Translations under genes and position numbers: made by a program
Shown here: piece by piece, positions 1 through 9,948 of the stretch
Position numbering within the stretch: position 1 is the first letter of the stretch
Layout of the letters: each line of letters begins with the position of its first letter
Notes under the pieces: generated by a model
What the model was told of the DNA's origin: nothing
What the model saw: the letters and a program-made list of their open reading frames with translations, nothing else
Database searches by the model: none
Assembly (NCBI GenBank): GCA_035399765.1
Contig: DAOPJR010000002.1
Span: 14,696 to 78,695 of the forward strand
DNA: 64,000 bases
Direction: 5' to 3'
Origin: Draconibacterium sp.
GTDB taxonomy: Bacteria > Bacteroidota > Bacteroidia > Bacteroidales > Prolixibacteraceae

Positions 1-52
1 TATCAGCCACTTCCGAAATTTGTTGAAATATTCTGTGTTTCAGTCTCTTCAT
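1..52 (-). CDS. N-terminus (runs off window) of probable CCA tRNA nucleotidyltransferase / HD-domain protein
   Basis: ATG at 52 gives MKRLKHRIFQQISEVAD, resembling the 'IF..IS..AD' start of Bacteroidota CCA-adding enzymes; only 17 codons visible. Confidence 0.45.
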   Translation of the reverse strand, partial: MKRLKHRIFQQISEVAD

Positions 53-258
53 TTTCTTTTTGTTACGGACATCCGATGTTAAGTGAATATGAATTCTGTC
101 GGATAACCGGTCTTCATTCTGTCTCTTTTGTCAGCTAACAGAAGCTGTCATAATCACCCTAAAAACAAGGTGTTTCTGCCATTTCTGAAAAAATTGTGAC
201 AAAATTACAATTATTTGCTTGAATATTAGTGGTATCTTGTTGATTGAATGAATGGTAT

Positions 259-266
259 TATATTTG
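259..266 (+). promoter_or_regulatory. Bacteroidota sigma70 -7 element upstream of trxA
   Basis: TATATTTG matches TAnnTTTG, ~50 nt upstream of ATG. Confidence 0.55.
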
Positions 267-317
267 CATCGACATATGTAAATACATAGATATTTATAAA
301 TAAAATTAGATAAGAAC

Positions 318-689
318 ATGTTAGAACATTTAACTCTGGAAACTTTCAAAGAAAAAGTTTTCAATTTTGAAGCGAACAAAGATTGGAAATACGAAGGAAC
401 CGTACCGTGTATGATTGATTTTTATGCAGACTGGTGTGGGCCGTGTAAAATTGTAGCTCCTGTATTGGAAGAACTGCAGAAAGAATATGGCGATAAGCTT
501 GTCATTTACAAAGTAAATACTGAAGATGAACAACAACTCGCAGGTATGTTTGGAATCCAGAGCATCCCGTCCTTGTTGTTTGTTCCTGTTGACGGACAAC
601 CTCAAATGGCTTTGGGTGCACTTCCTAAACCGACTTTTGAAAAGGCAATTGCTGACGTTTTAAAAGTTGAAAAGCCCCTGGCTAACTAA
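318..689 (+). CDS. trxA: Thioredoxin
   Basis: DFYADWCGPCK active site, IQSIPSL cis-Pro loop; 3' end overlaps murF 3' end by 8 nt. Confidence 0.93.
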   Translation: MLEHLTLETFKEKVFNFEANKDWKYEGTVPCMIDFYADWCGPCKIVAPVLEELQKEYGDKLVIYKVNTEDEQQLAGMFGIQSIPSLLFVPVDGQPQMALGALPKPTFEKAIADVLKVEKPLAN

Positions 690-1977
690 GATATTGAAGC
701 ACTTTTTCAAGCTGTATACCACGGGATCCTTTGATTAAAAGGGTCCCGTTTTTTATTGGATTTGTTTCAAGAAACTGGCACAACTCACCAACGTTCTTAA
801 AAGCTAAAAAATTAAAATTCTGATTGGCATCTGAAAATTCCTTACCAACCAGAAATACGTTTTGAAAGTTTTTCTCTTTTAACAGCTCCAAAATTGACTG
901 ATGCTCTTCTTTCGAATATTCTCCAAGTTCGAGCATGTCACCCAAAATTAAATATGGCGTTACATTTTTTGTCTCACTAAAACTATTAATGGAAGCACGC
1001 ATGCTGGTAGGATTGGCATTGTATGCATCCATTATGATTTTCAGATCGCCCTTTTGAATCAGTTGAGAACGATTATTGCTGGGTGTGTATTCTTTTATGG
1101 CTTCCTGAATTTTAATTGGATCAATTCCAAAATGATTTCCGATACATGCTGCAGCAAGAATATTCTCAAAATTATAGGCTCCAATCAGTTTTGAATTCAA
1201 ATAAAGCACTCCCTTCGGAAATGTTGCTTTTACATGAATATAAGGTGGTGATTGTGCCGGTTCCCCATTAAAATCTGCATCTCGTTTTCCATATGAGATT
1301 CGATGAGGTAAAGATTTGCCAATTTCTTCAAGAATGGGATTATCGTGATTGTAAAAAACAGTTCCTTGCTTATGTTTGAGATATTTATACAGTTCTCCTT
1401 TTGTTTTAATAATACCTTCAAATGAACCAAAGCCTTCGAGGTGCGCTTTGCCAATGTTTGTGATGATGCCAAAGTCTGGATCTGCAATCTTACACAGAGT
1501 CTCAATCTCTCCCGGGTGATTGGCGCCCATTTCTACCACGCCAAACTCAGTATCTTTATTCATGCAAAGAAGGGTGAGTGGAACGCCTATATGATTGTTG
1601 AGATTTCCTTGTGTATAGGTTACCTTATATTTTTTCGAGAGAACAGCGGCAATCAATTCTTTAGTGGTGGTTTTACCGTTTGTTCCGGTAATTCCAAGGA
1701 TAGGGATTCCCAGCTTTCTTCGATGAAACAATGCCAAATCCTGTAAACACTGCAAAACGTTGTCAACTAAAATAGTGCGCGCGGAAGTTTGATATTGTTT
1801 TTCGTCAATGATTGCATAGGATGCTCCTTTCTGAACGGAATCTTCTGCAAACTTGTTCCCATTGAAATTTTCTCCTTTCAGGGCAAAAAAGAGACTTCCT
1901 TTCTCAATTCTTCTGCTATCAGTAGAAATGCTTCCTGAGGCCAGAAACAATTCATATATTTTTTCTATACTGGTCAT
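682..1977 (-). CDS. murF: UDP-N-acetylmuramoyl-tripeptide--D-Ala-D-Ala ligase
   Basis: GITGTNGKTTTKE P-loop, GNLNNHIGVP, EMGANH, DAYNANPTSM, LGDMLELG, KGSRG. Confidence 0.96.
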   Translation of the reverse strand: MTSIEKIYELFLASGSISTDSRRIEKGSLFFALKGENFNGNKFAEDSVQKGASYAIIDEKQYQTSARTILVDNVLQCLQDLALFHRRKLGIPILGITGTNGKTTTKELIAAVLSKKYKVTYTQGNLNNHIGVPLTLLCMNKDTEFGVVEMGANHPGEIETLCKIADPDFGIITNIGKAHLEGFGSFEGIIKTKGELYKYLKHKQGTVFYNHDNPILEEIGKSLPHRISYGKRDADFNGEPAQSPPYIHVKATFPKGVLYLNSKLIGAYNFENILAAACIGNHFGIDPIKIQEAIKEYTPSNNRSQLIQKGDLKIIMDAYNANPTSMRASINSFSETKNVTPYLILGDMLELGEYSKEEHQSILELLKEKNFQNVFLVGKEFSDANQNFNFLAFKNVGELCQFLETNPIKNGTLLIKGSRGIQLEKVLQYLS

Positions 1978-2004
1978 ACTTCAAAAATAACAAGCAAATG
2001 CCAT

Positions 2005-2039
2005 AAAAAAAGCCCCATTTTAAAAAATGAAGCTTTTTT
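2005..2039 (-). terminator. Possible intrinsic terminator after gldJ
   Basis: Imperfect hairpin AAAAAAAGC-cc-CATTTT-aa-AAAATG-aa-GCTTTTTT just past the gldJ stop. Confidence 0.4.
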
Positions 2040-2060
2040 CTATTTCGTTGTATTTTATTT

Positions 2061-3506
2061 TTAAAATCCTTCAGGACTTCCCACTCTGGTCATGGCACAG
2101 CGGAAACCTAAATCGTTCTGGGCTTTGTCTTGTTCCAGGTAACGACGTGTGCCGGGAACTAACCAGTAAGGACGGTCTTTCCATGATCCTCCTTTATATA
2201 CACGAACATCGTCAGTAATTAATGATGAAAGTGCACCGGGTTGATCATCCTGAACATACATTCCTTTTGTCCCTTTATCCTGGGCAGTATTCCAGTTATC
2301 ACCTTCAATGATTTGTGAGTTTTTATCTCCATCATCATAATTACGGTAATCCATTCCTGCAATGGTATCTTTAACCAGCTCTCCGTATTCATTACGCATT
2401 AACTGTCCATTGGCATCCTTTCGATACTCTGTAATTACATTTCCTCTGAAGGGGCTGAATTCATCCATTTCATTGAACGACATTGGACGGTAAACATCGG
2501 CTACCCATTCATTTACATTACCAGCCATACAATACAAACCGTAATCGTTTGGTGAATAAGAGAATACCGGAGCTGAAATATCAGCGTTATCGTTCAAAGC
2601 ACCAGCCATACCCATCATATCGCCTCGTCCGCGAACAAAGTTGGCTTTCATCTGTCCCTTGTCTTTTTTCTTGTCATCGCGCAGATAAGCTCCATTCCAG
2701 GGATACATTTTACGATCGGTGAGTAATTCACCATCAGTATTTCCAATTAAACCATAAGCAGCATATTCCCATTCAGCCTCTGTGGGTAAACGATAAACCG
2801 GAAGTAAAACTCCATCTTCCCAACGTACTCGACGAGTTGTCCCGTCCGGGTTTTCAATCGGCCGATCTCCTGCTGTCCCTTCATATAAACCTCCAAGGTA
2901 AGTCTGTGTAGTATACACATTCTGACCTGATTGCGTAGCATCATGGTTTAGAATTTTCTTTTCAACCAAAATCTGCTCGTTCACGCGGTCGGTTCGCCAG
3001 GCACAATAAGCTTCAGCCTGTTTCCAGGATACTCCAACAACGGGATATTCTGAATACGCCGGATGGCGGAAGTAATTATTTACATATGGCTCGTTGTACC
3101 CCAGCTGGGTTCTCCATACACTAGAATCTGGTGTTATGGATTTAAGTTTGTTTAAATCATTCGGGTAAACCCTTGCGGTCCAGAATGTAAATTCACGGTA
3201 ATCCTGATTCGACACTTCTGTTTCGTCCATATAAAAAGAAGGAACGGTTACCCTGCGCGGATAGTTATCATTCCGGTACATGACGTCCTGTTCTACGCGT
3301 CCCATGGTAAAAGTTCCACCTTGAACGAAAACCAGGCCGGGGCCAGCCTCTTGATTGTATCCCGAAATGTTCGGAATGTTTCCTGTTTCAGGATCATTAT
3401 ATGACCAGCCGGTTGTTCTTGAGGTATCTTTTCCTCCTTTTCCAAACAAGCTACAGCCCGAAACGAGCACGGCCAGACCGAAAATGATCAGTGGTTTTAA
3501 TTTCAT
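2061..3506 (-). CDS. gldJ: Gliding motility / T9SS lipoprotein GldJ (FGE-sulfatase/SUMF1 domain)
   Basis: Lipobox VSGC; SRTTGWSYND, FYMDETEVSN, YPVVGVSW, RLPTEAEWEYAA, MAGNVNEW, GFRCAM; lies between murF and divergent porU as in other Bacteroidota; start moved to ATG 3506 (TATATTTG element at 3550-3543). Confidence 0.85.
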   Translation of the reverse strand: MKLKPLIIFGLAVLVSGCSLFGKGGKDTSRTTGWSYNDPETGNIPNISGYNQEAGPGLVFVQGGTFTMGRVEQDVMYRNDNYPRRVTVPSFYMDETEVSNQDYREFTFWTARVYPNDLNKLKSITPDSSVWRTQLGYNEPYVNNYFRHPAYSEYPVVGVSWKQAEAYCAWRTDRVNEQILVEKKILNHDATQSGQNVYTTQTYLGGLYEGTAGDRPIENPDGTTRRVRWEDGVLLPVYRLPTEAEWEYAAYGLIGNTDGELLTDRKMYPWNGAYLRDDKKKDKGQMKANFVRGRGDMMGMAGALNDNADISAPVFSYSPNDYGLYCMAGNVNEWVADVYRPMSFNEMDEFSPFRGNVITEYRKDANGQLMRNEYGELVKDTIAGMDYRNYDDGDKNSQIIEGDNWNTAQDKGTKGMYVQDDQPGALSSLITDDVRVYKGGSWKDRPYWLVPGTRRYLEQDKAQNDLGFRCAMTRVGSPEGF

Positions 3507-3722
3507 TAAATGCATTTTTTGAATTAAATTTTCCAATCGACACAAATATAACTAATTTGATCAATTCTTATTGTTCACGTAATTCAATTATTCATCCAAG
3601 TTTTCAAGGATGTTGATATCTTTAACGCCCGGTTTGTATAGATTATTGTTTGGGTGTTGGTATTAAATTCAACAATATATCACATTAATAATCGTTGAAT
3701 TGGGTATAACCAAAAGCTGTTT

Positions 3723-6700
3723 ATGAAGAATATTTTACTTCTGTTTTTTGTTACGCTGGTTGCATTTGTTAACAGCGATATCCAGACAGACCGGGTGTTT
3801 CTGGACTGGCCAGCCAGTGATGTCGATTTCGAGGAAGGCGAAAATTATGTGGCCTGGCTCGATAATCCGGGATTCCCCGGAAATGGGTCGAAATTGCCGG
3901 TTTATACCCGATTGTGTAATAACAGATATGAACAGCAAAACGTTAAAATCTTGGTTGATGGCTATACTTTTGAGAAAATCGAAATGGATTTGTCTCCTGA
4001 AATTTTAGCTTCCATACCTGACGAAATTGTGCCGGAGATACAAATTTTAAAATCAGGGAGTTCGGTCAAACATCAAATTAAACTAATTGCAATTAAAAAA
4101 GAAGGAGGAACACTCTATCGTCTCAAATCATTTTCCCTGAAGCAGTTTCCTGTTTCTGATAGTAAAAGTACTTCCCTGTCGCATTCATGGGCGAGTTCCT
4201 CTGTTCTGAGTTCGGGTAAATGGGTTAAAATCAGTGTTCCGAAGAAGGGCATTTATAAGATTCCATATTCACAGCTTACCGGCTGGGGATTTTCGCAGCC
4301 CTCGAATGTGAAGTTATATGGCAGTGGTGCGCTTTCGCTTTCAGAAAACCCTGGAGAAATCGAATACGATGATTTAGTACAAAATGCGGTTTGGCGCAAT
4401 ACAAACAATGGGGAAGAATGTCTGTTTTTTTATGCCCCAGGTGCGACTGCCTGGCAGGCTGATTTGAACGGAATTTTTCATCATAAAAATAACGATTACA
4501 CGAGTACCGGTTATTTCTTCTTAAGCGAAACGGGAAATGAAAAACAGACGGAAGTGTTGTCTTCTGTACCAGAAGCTCCAACACATGAACTAAGCAGTTT
4601 TGATGAATATTCATTTATTGAAAATGAATTGTACAATATATTACCACTTGGCTCAGGGAAGCAATGGTTTGGAGAAAAATTCAGTAACGGGAACGCCCGT
4701 AGTTATAATTTTGAACTCTATGATGCGGAAGCAGGAATCCAAGCCAGTCTATTCATTAACGCTGCTGCCCGAAGTTATGCTGCCTCGTCGTTTCAGGTTT
4801 CAGGAAACAGCAACAACTGGGGAACGCTTTCTTTTTCCTCGGTAAATACCAACGATACTTATGGTTTGTACGCCTATGAAAGCAACAAAAGATTTACTTT
4901 CAACGCTTCTGACGGAGCTTTAAAAGTGGATGTAAAATATTCGGCTTCGAATTCAAATGCAGAGGCATGGATGGATTACCTGGAGCTGACTTACCGGCGT
5001 AAATTAATTGCCGGGTCTGATGCACTGTTTTTTAGAGACTTGACTTCTGTAGGTTTGGGAAATGTGGCAGAGTTTTCGGTTGCAAATGCAGGCTCAACAA
5101 CAAAAGTGTTAAATGTGAGTGATCCGAATAATGTAAAGGAGGTGTCTCGTGAATTAAGTGATAACACTTTAATATTTCGGCAAAAGTCTGATGAATTGCA
5201 TGAGTATGTTGTTTTTAAAACTGATGGCGATTTCCCAAAGCCCACCTTTGTTTCTGATATTAGCAACCAAAATCTGCATGCACTTTCTACACCTGAGTTT
5301 CTTATTATTTCTCATCCAAATTTTATAAGTTCAGCTGAAGAGCTGGCTAATTTTCATCGCGAATATGATGGCATGTCCGTTGAAGTGGTGAATGCCGAAA
5401 AAGTATACAACGAATTTAGTTCGGGAAGTAAAAATGTGACAGGAATACGAAACTTTATCAAAATGTTTTACGATCGCGAAAGCGACTTAAAATACGTTTT
5501 ACTTTTGGGCGATGGTAGCTACGATAATAGAGGGATCAACACTGAAAGCAACAACTTTATTCCAACCTATCAATCTGATAATTCACTCACGCCAACTTCG
5601 TCGTTTGTTACCGATGATTACTTTGTTATGCTGGATGATGGGGAGAGCGTATACAACGGTGCCATTGATTTGGGAATTGGTCGAATTCCTGCTTCAACAG
5701 CTTACGAGGCGCAACTGGTTGTAGATAAGGTAAAACGATATTACCAACCAGCTGCGTTAGGCAGCTGGCGGAACCGGATTACTTTTATTGGCGACGACGA
5801 AGATTCTGGTCTGCATATGAAACAATCGGAAGAATTGGCGGACTCTGTTAATGTAAATAATAACGCATTTTATACCGATAAGATTTATTTTGATTCTTAT
5901 GTTCAGGAAGTTACACCTTCTGGTGAACGATATCCGGATGTAAATAATGCGATAAACGAGCGGGTAAAAGACGGAGTTCTGATTCTGAATTACGTGGGTC
6001 ATGCCAACGAACGTTTCCTTGCACACGAAAGTGTTCTGACCATCAGCGATATTAACTCATGGACAAATGCCAATAAAATGCCGATTTTTGTGACCGCCAC
6101 ATGTGAGTTTAGCCGATTTGACGCAGATGAAACTTCGGCAGGAGAGTACGTTCTTTTAAATCCGAATGGAGGAGGTATCGGACTGTTTTCCACCACTCGT
6201 GTGGTTTATGCAACAGCTAATTTTCAGCTTAGTAAAAGTTTTTATAGCGTTATTTTTGATAACGACGAGAATGGAGAACATTACCGTATGGGTGATGTTA
6301 TGCGGCTTGCCAAGACACGGATTCCCAACTCGATTAACAAACGTAATTTTTCGTTATTGGCCGACCCGGCTTTAAAACTTTCATTTCCGAAATACAATGT
6401 AATAACTGAAAGTATTAATTCACAGGATGCCGGTACGGGAAATCCGACCATTGGTGCTTTACAAAAAGTTAGAGTCAGTGGTTATGTTGCCGATGCTTTC
6501 GGTAATCGGATTGATGATTTTAGCGGGACTCTCATTCCAACGGTATACGATAAGGAAGTTAAAATGCAGACTTTGGGTAACGGTGGCGAAACGCCGGTTA
6601 AATTTAAGGTTCGGGAGAATATTATCTATAAAGGTAAATCGAGTGTGACGAATGGCGATTTTACATTTAGTTTCGTCGTTCCCAAAGATATTTCCTATAG

Positions 6701-7457
6701 TTTGGGTACCGGTAAAATTATGTATTATGCCGATAATGGCGAAGTGGATGCACACGGCGCATTTGAAAATTTTAATATTGGTGGAAATAGTTCGAATATC
6801 ACCGACAACACCGGTCCGGATATTAAACTTTTTCTGGATTCAGAAAATTTCAACTCGGGAGATGTAACCGGTAACAGCCCGGTGTTACTGGCAAACCTGA
6901 GTGATGAAAATGGAATTAACACGGTTGGAACGGGTATCGGACATGATATAACAGCTGTGCTGGATGGCGATTATTCACAGGTATTTGTACTGAATAATTA
7001 TTACCAAGCAAATACCGATGATTATACGAGCGGGAGCATCACGTATCCGTTGAGTGATATTCCGGTCGGGCATCACACCCTGATCCTAAAAGCCTGGGAT
7101 GTGGCCAATAATTCATCTGAAGTTGAAATTGATTTTGAAGTGACCGGAGACCTCATGATCAGGGAAATCAGTAATTACCCTAATCCAGTGAATGATTATA
7201 CTTATTTCGTGCTGGAACATAACCAGAACGATGCCAACCTCGATGTGATTTTTGATATTTACGACCTTTCTGGACGTTCGATTGATCGTTTCCAAACCAG
7301 AGTGGGGTCGAGTGGGGGAGTAACCAGCCCGATTCGATGGGATTTGGCGGAATCAAATATCGCTGCTACTTCTGGTGTTTATATTATTCGCGCCATTATC
7401 CAAAATGGTGACGGGATAATTTCAACCAAATCAGGGAAATTAATAATTACCCGCTAA
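3723..7457 (+). CDS. porU: Type IX secretion system sortase PorU (peptidase C25)
   Basis: Signal peptide; IYNEFSSG-like VYNEFSSG, LLGDGSYD, IGRIP, NYVGH and TATCEFSRFD catalytic His/Cys, DENGIN..GIGHDI, KAWDVANN, C-terminal T9SS CTD (NYPNP...SGVYII...GKLII). Confidence 0.93.
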   Translation: MKNILLLFFVTLVAFVNSDIQTDRVFLDWPASDVDFEEGENYVAWLDNPGFPGNGSKLPVYTRLCNNRYEQQNVKILVDGYTFEKIEMDLSPEILASIPDEIVPEIQILKSGSSVKHQIKLIAIKKEGGTLYRLKSFSLKQFPVSDSKSTSLSHSWASSSVLSSGKWVKISVPKKGIYKIPYSQLTGWGFSQPSNVKLYGSGALSLSENPGEIEYDDLVQNAVWRNTNNGEECLFFYAPGATAWQADLNGIFHHKNNDYTSTGYFFLSETGNEKQTEVLSSVPEAPTHELSSFDEYSFIENELYNILPLGSGKQWFGEKFSNGNARSYNFELYDAEAGIQASLFINAAARSYAASSFQVSGNSNNWGTLSFSSVNTNDTYGLYAYESNKRFTFNASDGALKVDVKYSASNSNAEAWMDYLELTYRRKLIAGSDALFFRDLTSVGLGNVAEFSVANAGSTTKVLNVSDPNNVKEVSRELSDNTLIFRQKSDELHEYVVFKTDGDFPKPTFVSDISNQNLHALSTPEFLIISHPNFISSAEELANFHREYDGMSVEVVNAEKVYNEFSSGSKNVTGIRNFIKMFYDRESDLKYVLLLGDGSYDNRGINTESNNFIPTYQSDNSLTPTSSFVTDDYFVMLDDGESVYNGAIDLGIGRIPASTAYEAQLVVDKVKRYYQPAALGSWRNRITFIGDDEDSGLHMKQSEELADSVNVNNNAFYTDKIYFDSYVQEVTPSGERYPDVNNAINERVKDGVLILNYVGHANERFLAHESVLTISDINSWTNANKMPIFVTATCEFSRFDADETSAGEYVLLNPNGGGIGLFSTTRVVYATANFQLSKSFYSVIFDNDENGEHYRMGDVMRLAKTRIPNSINKRNFSLLADPALKLSFPKYNVITESINSQDAGTGNPTIGALQKVRVSGYVADAFGNRIDDFSGTLIPTVYDKEVKMQTLGNGGETPVKFKVRENIIYKGKSSVTNGDFTFSFVVPKDISYSLGTGKIMYYADNGEVDAHGAFENFNIGGNSSNITDNTGPDIKLFLDSENFNSGDVTGNSPVLLANLSDENGINTVGTGIGHDITAVLDGDYSQVFVLNNYYQANTDDYTSGSITYPLSDIPVGHHTLILKAWDVANNSSEVEIDFEVTGDLMIREISNYPNPVNDYTYFVLEHNQNDANLDVIFDIYDLSGRSIDRFQTRVGSSGGVTSPIRWDLAESNIAATSGVYIIRAIIQNGDGIISTKSGKLIITR

Positions 7458-7533
7458 ATTTTCATTCGAATAAAATTTTTGGAAAAAAAGGCCGTTCATT
7501 AAGGTATATATATAATAACAGAAACAATTGTTT

Positions 7534-7541
7534 TATCTTTG
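7534..7541 (+). promoter_or_regulatory. -7 promoter element upstream of porV
   Basis: TATCTTTG(C) matches TAnnTTTG, 22 nt before ATG 7564. Confidence 0.55.
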
Positions 7542-7563
7542 CACGCTCAATTTTGAAATTATT

Positions 7564-8739
7564 ATGAAGAGATTTTTTCGTTTGATTTTTGCCTTGATTC
7601 TGATAGGATTAGCAACTCAGAACATATTTGCACAGGGAACGCTGTCTGGTGCAAACACCATTACAACTGCAGTTCCTTTTTTGGCGATTACGCCTGATTC
7701 ACGAGCCGGTGGTATGGGTGACGTGGGTGTTGGAACAACTCCTGATGTGAATTCGCAACACTGGAATCCGGCTAAATATGTTTTTATGGAAAGCGATATG
7801 GGAGTTGGACTCTCGTATTCTCCGTGGCTACGAAACCTGGTTTCAGATATTAACCTGGCTTACCTCACCTTCTATAAAAAATTAGACGATGTGCAGGGAA
7901 TAAGTACCTCTCTTCGTTATTTTTCATTGGGTAATATAACATTTACTACTGATCAGGGAGATGTTATGGGACAACAAAGTCCAAACGAATTCGCACTTGA
8001 TTTGGCCTATTCACGTTTACTTTCCGAATCATGGTCGGGTGCAGTAGCCGTTCGTTATATTCGTTCCGACCTTACCAGCGGACAGCTGGTGAACGGTATT
8101 CCGACTTATGCCGGTAATTCGTATGCTGCAGACGTTGCGTTTTATTATCACAAAGAATTCAGAAGAAACAGAAGAGATAATCTTTTTACCGCAGGTATCA
8201 ATGTTCAGAATATTGGAGCAAAAATCTCTTATACTGAAGGGGAAGTAAAAGATTTTATCCCGACCACTTTAAAACTGGGAGCCTCTTACACTGTGGAACT
8301 GGATGAGTACAACAGCTTCTCTTTTTCTGCTGAAGCAAATAAATTACTGGTGCCAACACCTCCCGCTGACTCAACGCAGTATCAGGATGGCGATGTAATT
8401 TGGGCTGGTGGAATCAACTCTGATATTGGAGTTATCGAGGGTATTTTCAAATCGTTTGGTGATGCTCCCGGTGGATTTAAAGAAGAAATGAAAGAAATAA
8501 CCTGGGCAGTAGGTGTTGAATACTGGTATAATAAACAGTTTGCTATTCGTGCCGGTTATTTCTACGAAAACGAATACAAAGGAAATCGTAAATTCCTGAC
8601 TGCAGGTGCCGGGTTAAAAATGAACGTGTTCGCACTTGATTTTTCTTATTTGCTGCCTACTCAGCGTAATCACCCGCTTGAGAACACACTGCGTTTTACT
8701 CTGGCATTCGATATTGATGCTTTTGGACAACAACGCTGA
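7564..8739 (+). CDS. porV: T9SS outer-membrane shuttle beta-barrel PorV
   Basis: ITTAVPFLAITPDSRAGGMGD, WNPAKY, SYSPWL, KGNRKFLTAGAG, NHPLENTLRFTL; directly after porU. Confidence 0.93.
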   Translation: MKRFFRLIFALILIGLATQNIFAQGTLSGANTITTAVPFLAITPDSRAGGMGDVGVGTTPDVNSQHWNPAKYVFMESDMGVGLSYSPWLRNLVSDINLAYLTFYKKLDDVQGISTSLRYFSLGNITFTTDQGDVMGQQSPNEFALDLAYSRLLSESWSGAVAVRYIRSDLTSGQLVNGIPTYAGNSYAADVAFYYHKEFRRNRRDNLFTAGINVQNIGAKISYTEGEVKDFIPTTLKLGASYTVELDEYNSFSFSAEANKLLVPTPPADSTQYQDGDVIWAGGINSDIGVIEGIFKSFGDAPGGFKEEMKEITWAVGVEYWYNKQFAIRAGYFYENEYKGNRKFLTAGAGLKMNVFALDFSYLLPTQRNHPLENTLRFTLAFDIDAFGQQR

Positions 8740-9218
8740 TGAGTTTCAGAGTTGGAATAGGATATGATGTACACCGTCTGGCCGAAGGAGAAAGCTTGTG
8801 GCTGGGCGGTATTTTAATTCCACACTATAAAGGAACGGTGGCTCATTCTGATGGAGATGTGGTCATTCATGCCATTTGCGATGCGCTGCTCGGAGCTTTA
8901 AAATTAAGGGATATTGGTACGCATTTCCCTGATAATGAAGCAGAGTTTAAAAACATTGATAGTAAAATACTTCTGAAACGTTCGTACGAATTGGTTCAGC
9001 AAAAAGGGTACAAACTGGTTAACCTCGATACTTCAATTAGTGCACAGCAACCCAAATTAAAACCATTCATCCCGCAAATGGAAGAAACCATGGCTGAGGT
9101 TTTGGGTGTGGAGGTAGATTGTATTTCGGTGAAAGCCACAACTACCGAGGAACTTGGTTTCGAAGGCCGCGAGGAAGGAATCAGTGTAACTGCTGTTGTA
9201 TTGTTACAGAAATCATGA
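8739..9218 (+). CDS. ispF: 2-C-methyl-D-erythritol 2,4-cyclodiphosphate synthase
   Basis: RVGIGYDVH, AHSDGDV, DIGTHFPD, SVKATTTEELGFEGREEGI. Confidence 0.96.
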   Translation: MSFRVGIGYDVHRLAEGESLWLGGILIPHYKGTVAHSDGDVVIHAICDALLGALKLRDIGTHFPDNEAEFKNIDSKILLKRSYELVQQKGYKLVNLDTSISAQQPKLKPFIPQMEETMAEVLGVEVDCISVKATTTEELGFEGREEGISVTAVVLLQKS

Positions 9219-9577
9219 CAAAAAAGCTTACTCTGGTAATTGGTGCGAGCGAAAATCTTTCGAGGTATTCGAACATGGCTATTCGTTCGCTTCGTACTCA
9301 CGGTCATCCGGTTTTGGCACTCGCCAAACGTGAAGGACAGGTTGGAGACGTTAGAATTCAAACCGAATTTCCTACTGAAGAAATAAATACGGTAACTTTG
9401 TATGTTGGGCCGCAACATCAGCCGGAATATTACGATAAGGTGCGGAAATTAAAACCACGCCGTGTCATCTTTAATCCAGGGACTGAAAATCCTGAGTTTG
9501 AAAATCTCCTGGAAGAAAACGATATTGAAGTGGTGGAAGCATGTACACTGGTCATGTTAAGTGTCGGAAATTATTAG
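9215..9577 (+). CDS. CoA-binding domain protein (YccU-like)
   Basis: TLVIGASEN..RYS, TVTLYVGP, PRRVIFNPGTEN, ACTLVML; ATGA overlap with ispF stop. Confidence 0.85.
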   Translation: MTKKLTLVIGASENLSRYSNMAIRSLRTHGHPVLALAKREGQVGDVRIQTEFPTEEINTVTLYVGPQHQPEYYDKVRKLKPRRVIFNPGTENPEFENLLEENDIEVVEACTLVMLSVGNY

Positions 9578-9585
9578 GAAATAAA

Positions 9586-9915
9586 ATGTATACTGAAATT
9601 AATAGTTTCGAAGAATTTGAGAAGATGAAAAGCGAGCCGGCGTTACTGGCTTATTTTTCAACGGAAGCCTGCAACGTTTGCAAAGTGCTTAAACCCAAAG
9701 TAGTTCAGTTGCTCGAAGAGGAATTCCCGGAAATGAAAATGGCGTATGTGAAATCGGACGTCCTTCCTGATATTGCCGGGCAGAACCGAATTTTTGCAGC
9801 TCCAACTATTCTGGTGTTTTTCGATGGCAGGGAGTACATCCGTAAAAGCCGCAATATTGGGATTAGCGAATTACACGAGGCCATCTCACGGCCGTACGAT
9901 ATGATGTTTGGTTAA
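9586..9915 (+). CDS. Thioredoxin-family protein (CNVC)
   Basis: YFSTEACNVCKVLKPK CxxC and APTILVFFDGRE. Confidence 0.82.
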   Translation: MYTEINSFEEFEKMKSEPALLAYFSTEACNVCKVLKPKVVQLLEEEFPEMKMAYVKSDVLPDIAGQNRIFAAPTILVFFDGREYIRKSRNIGISELHEAISRPYDMMFG

Positions 9916-9948
9916 TCTTTTAATAAAATTAGTTGCCTATAAATCCAG

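Noticed and set aside
131-379. 82-aa minus-strand ORF
   Set aside because: Spans the trxA promoter and 5' end; AT-rich, no motifs
9119-9214. N-terminal extension of the CoA-binding ORF overlapping ispF
   Set aside because: ATGA coupling at 9215 gives the family-typical start
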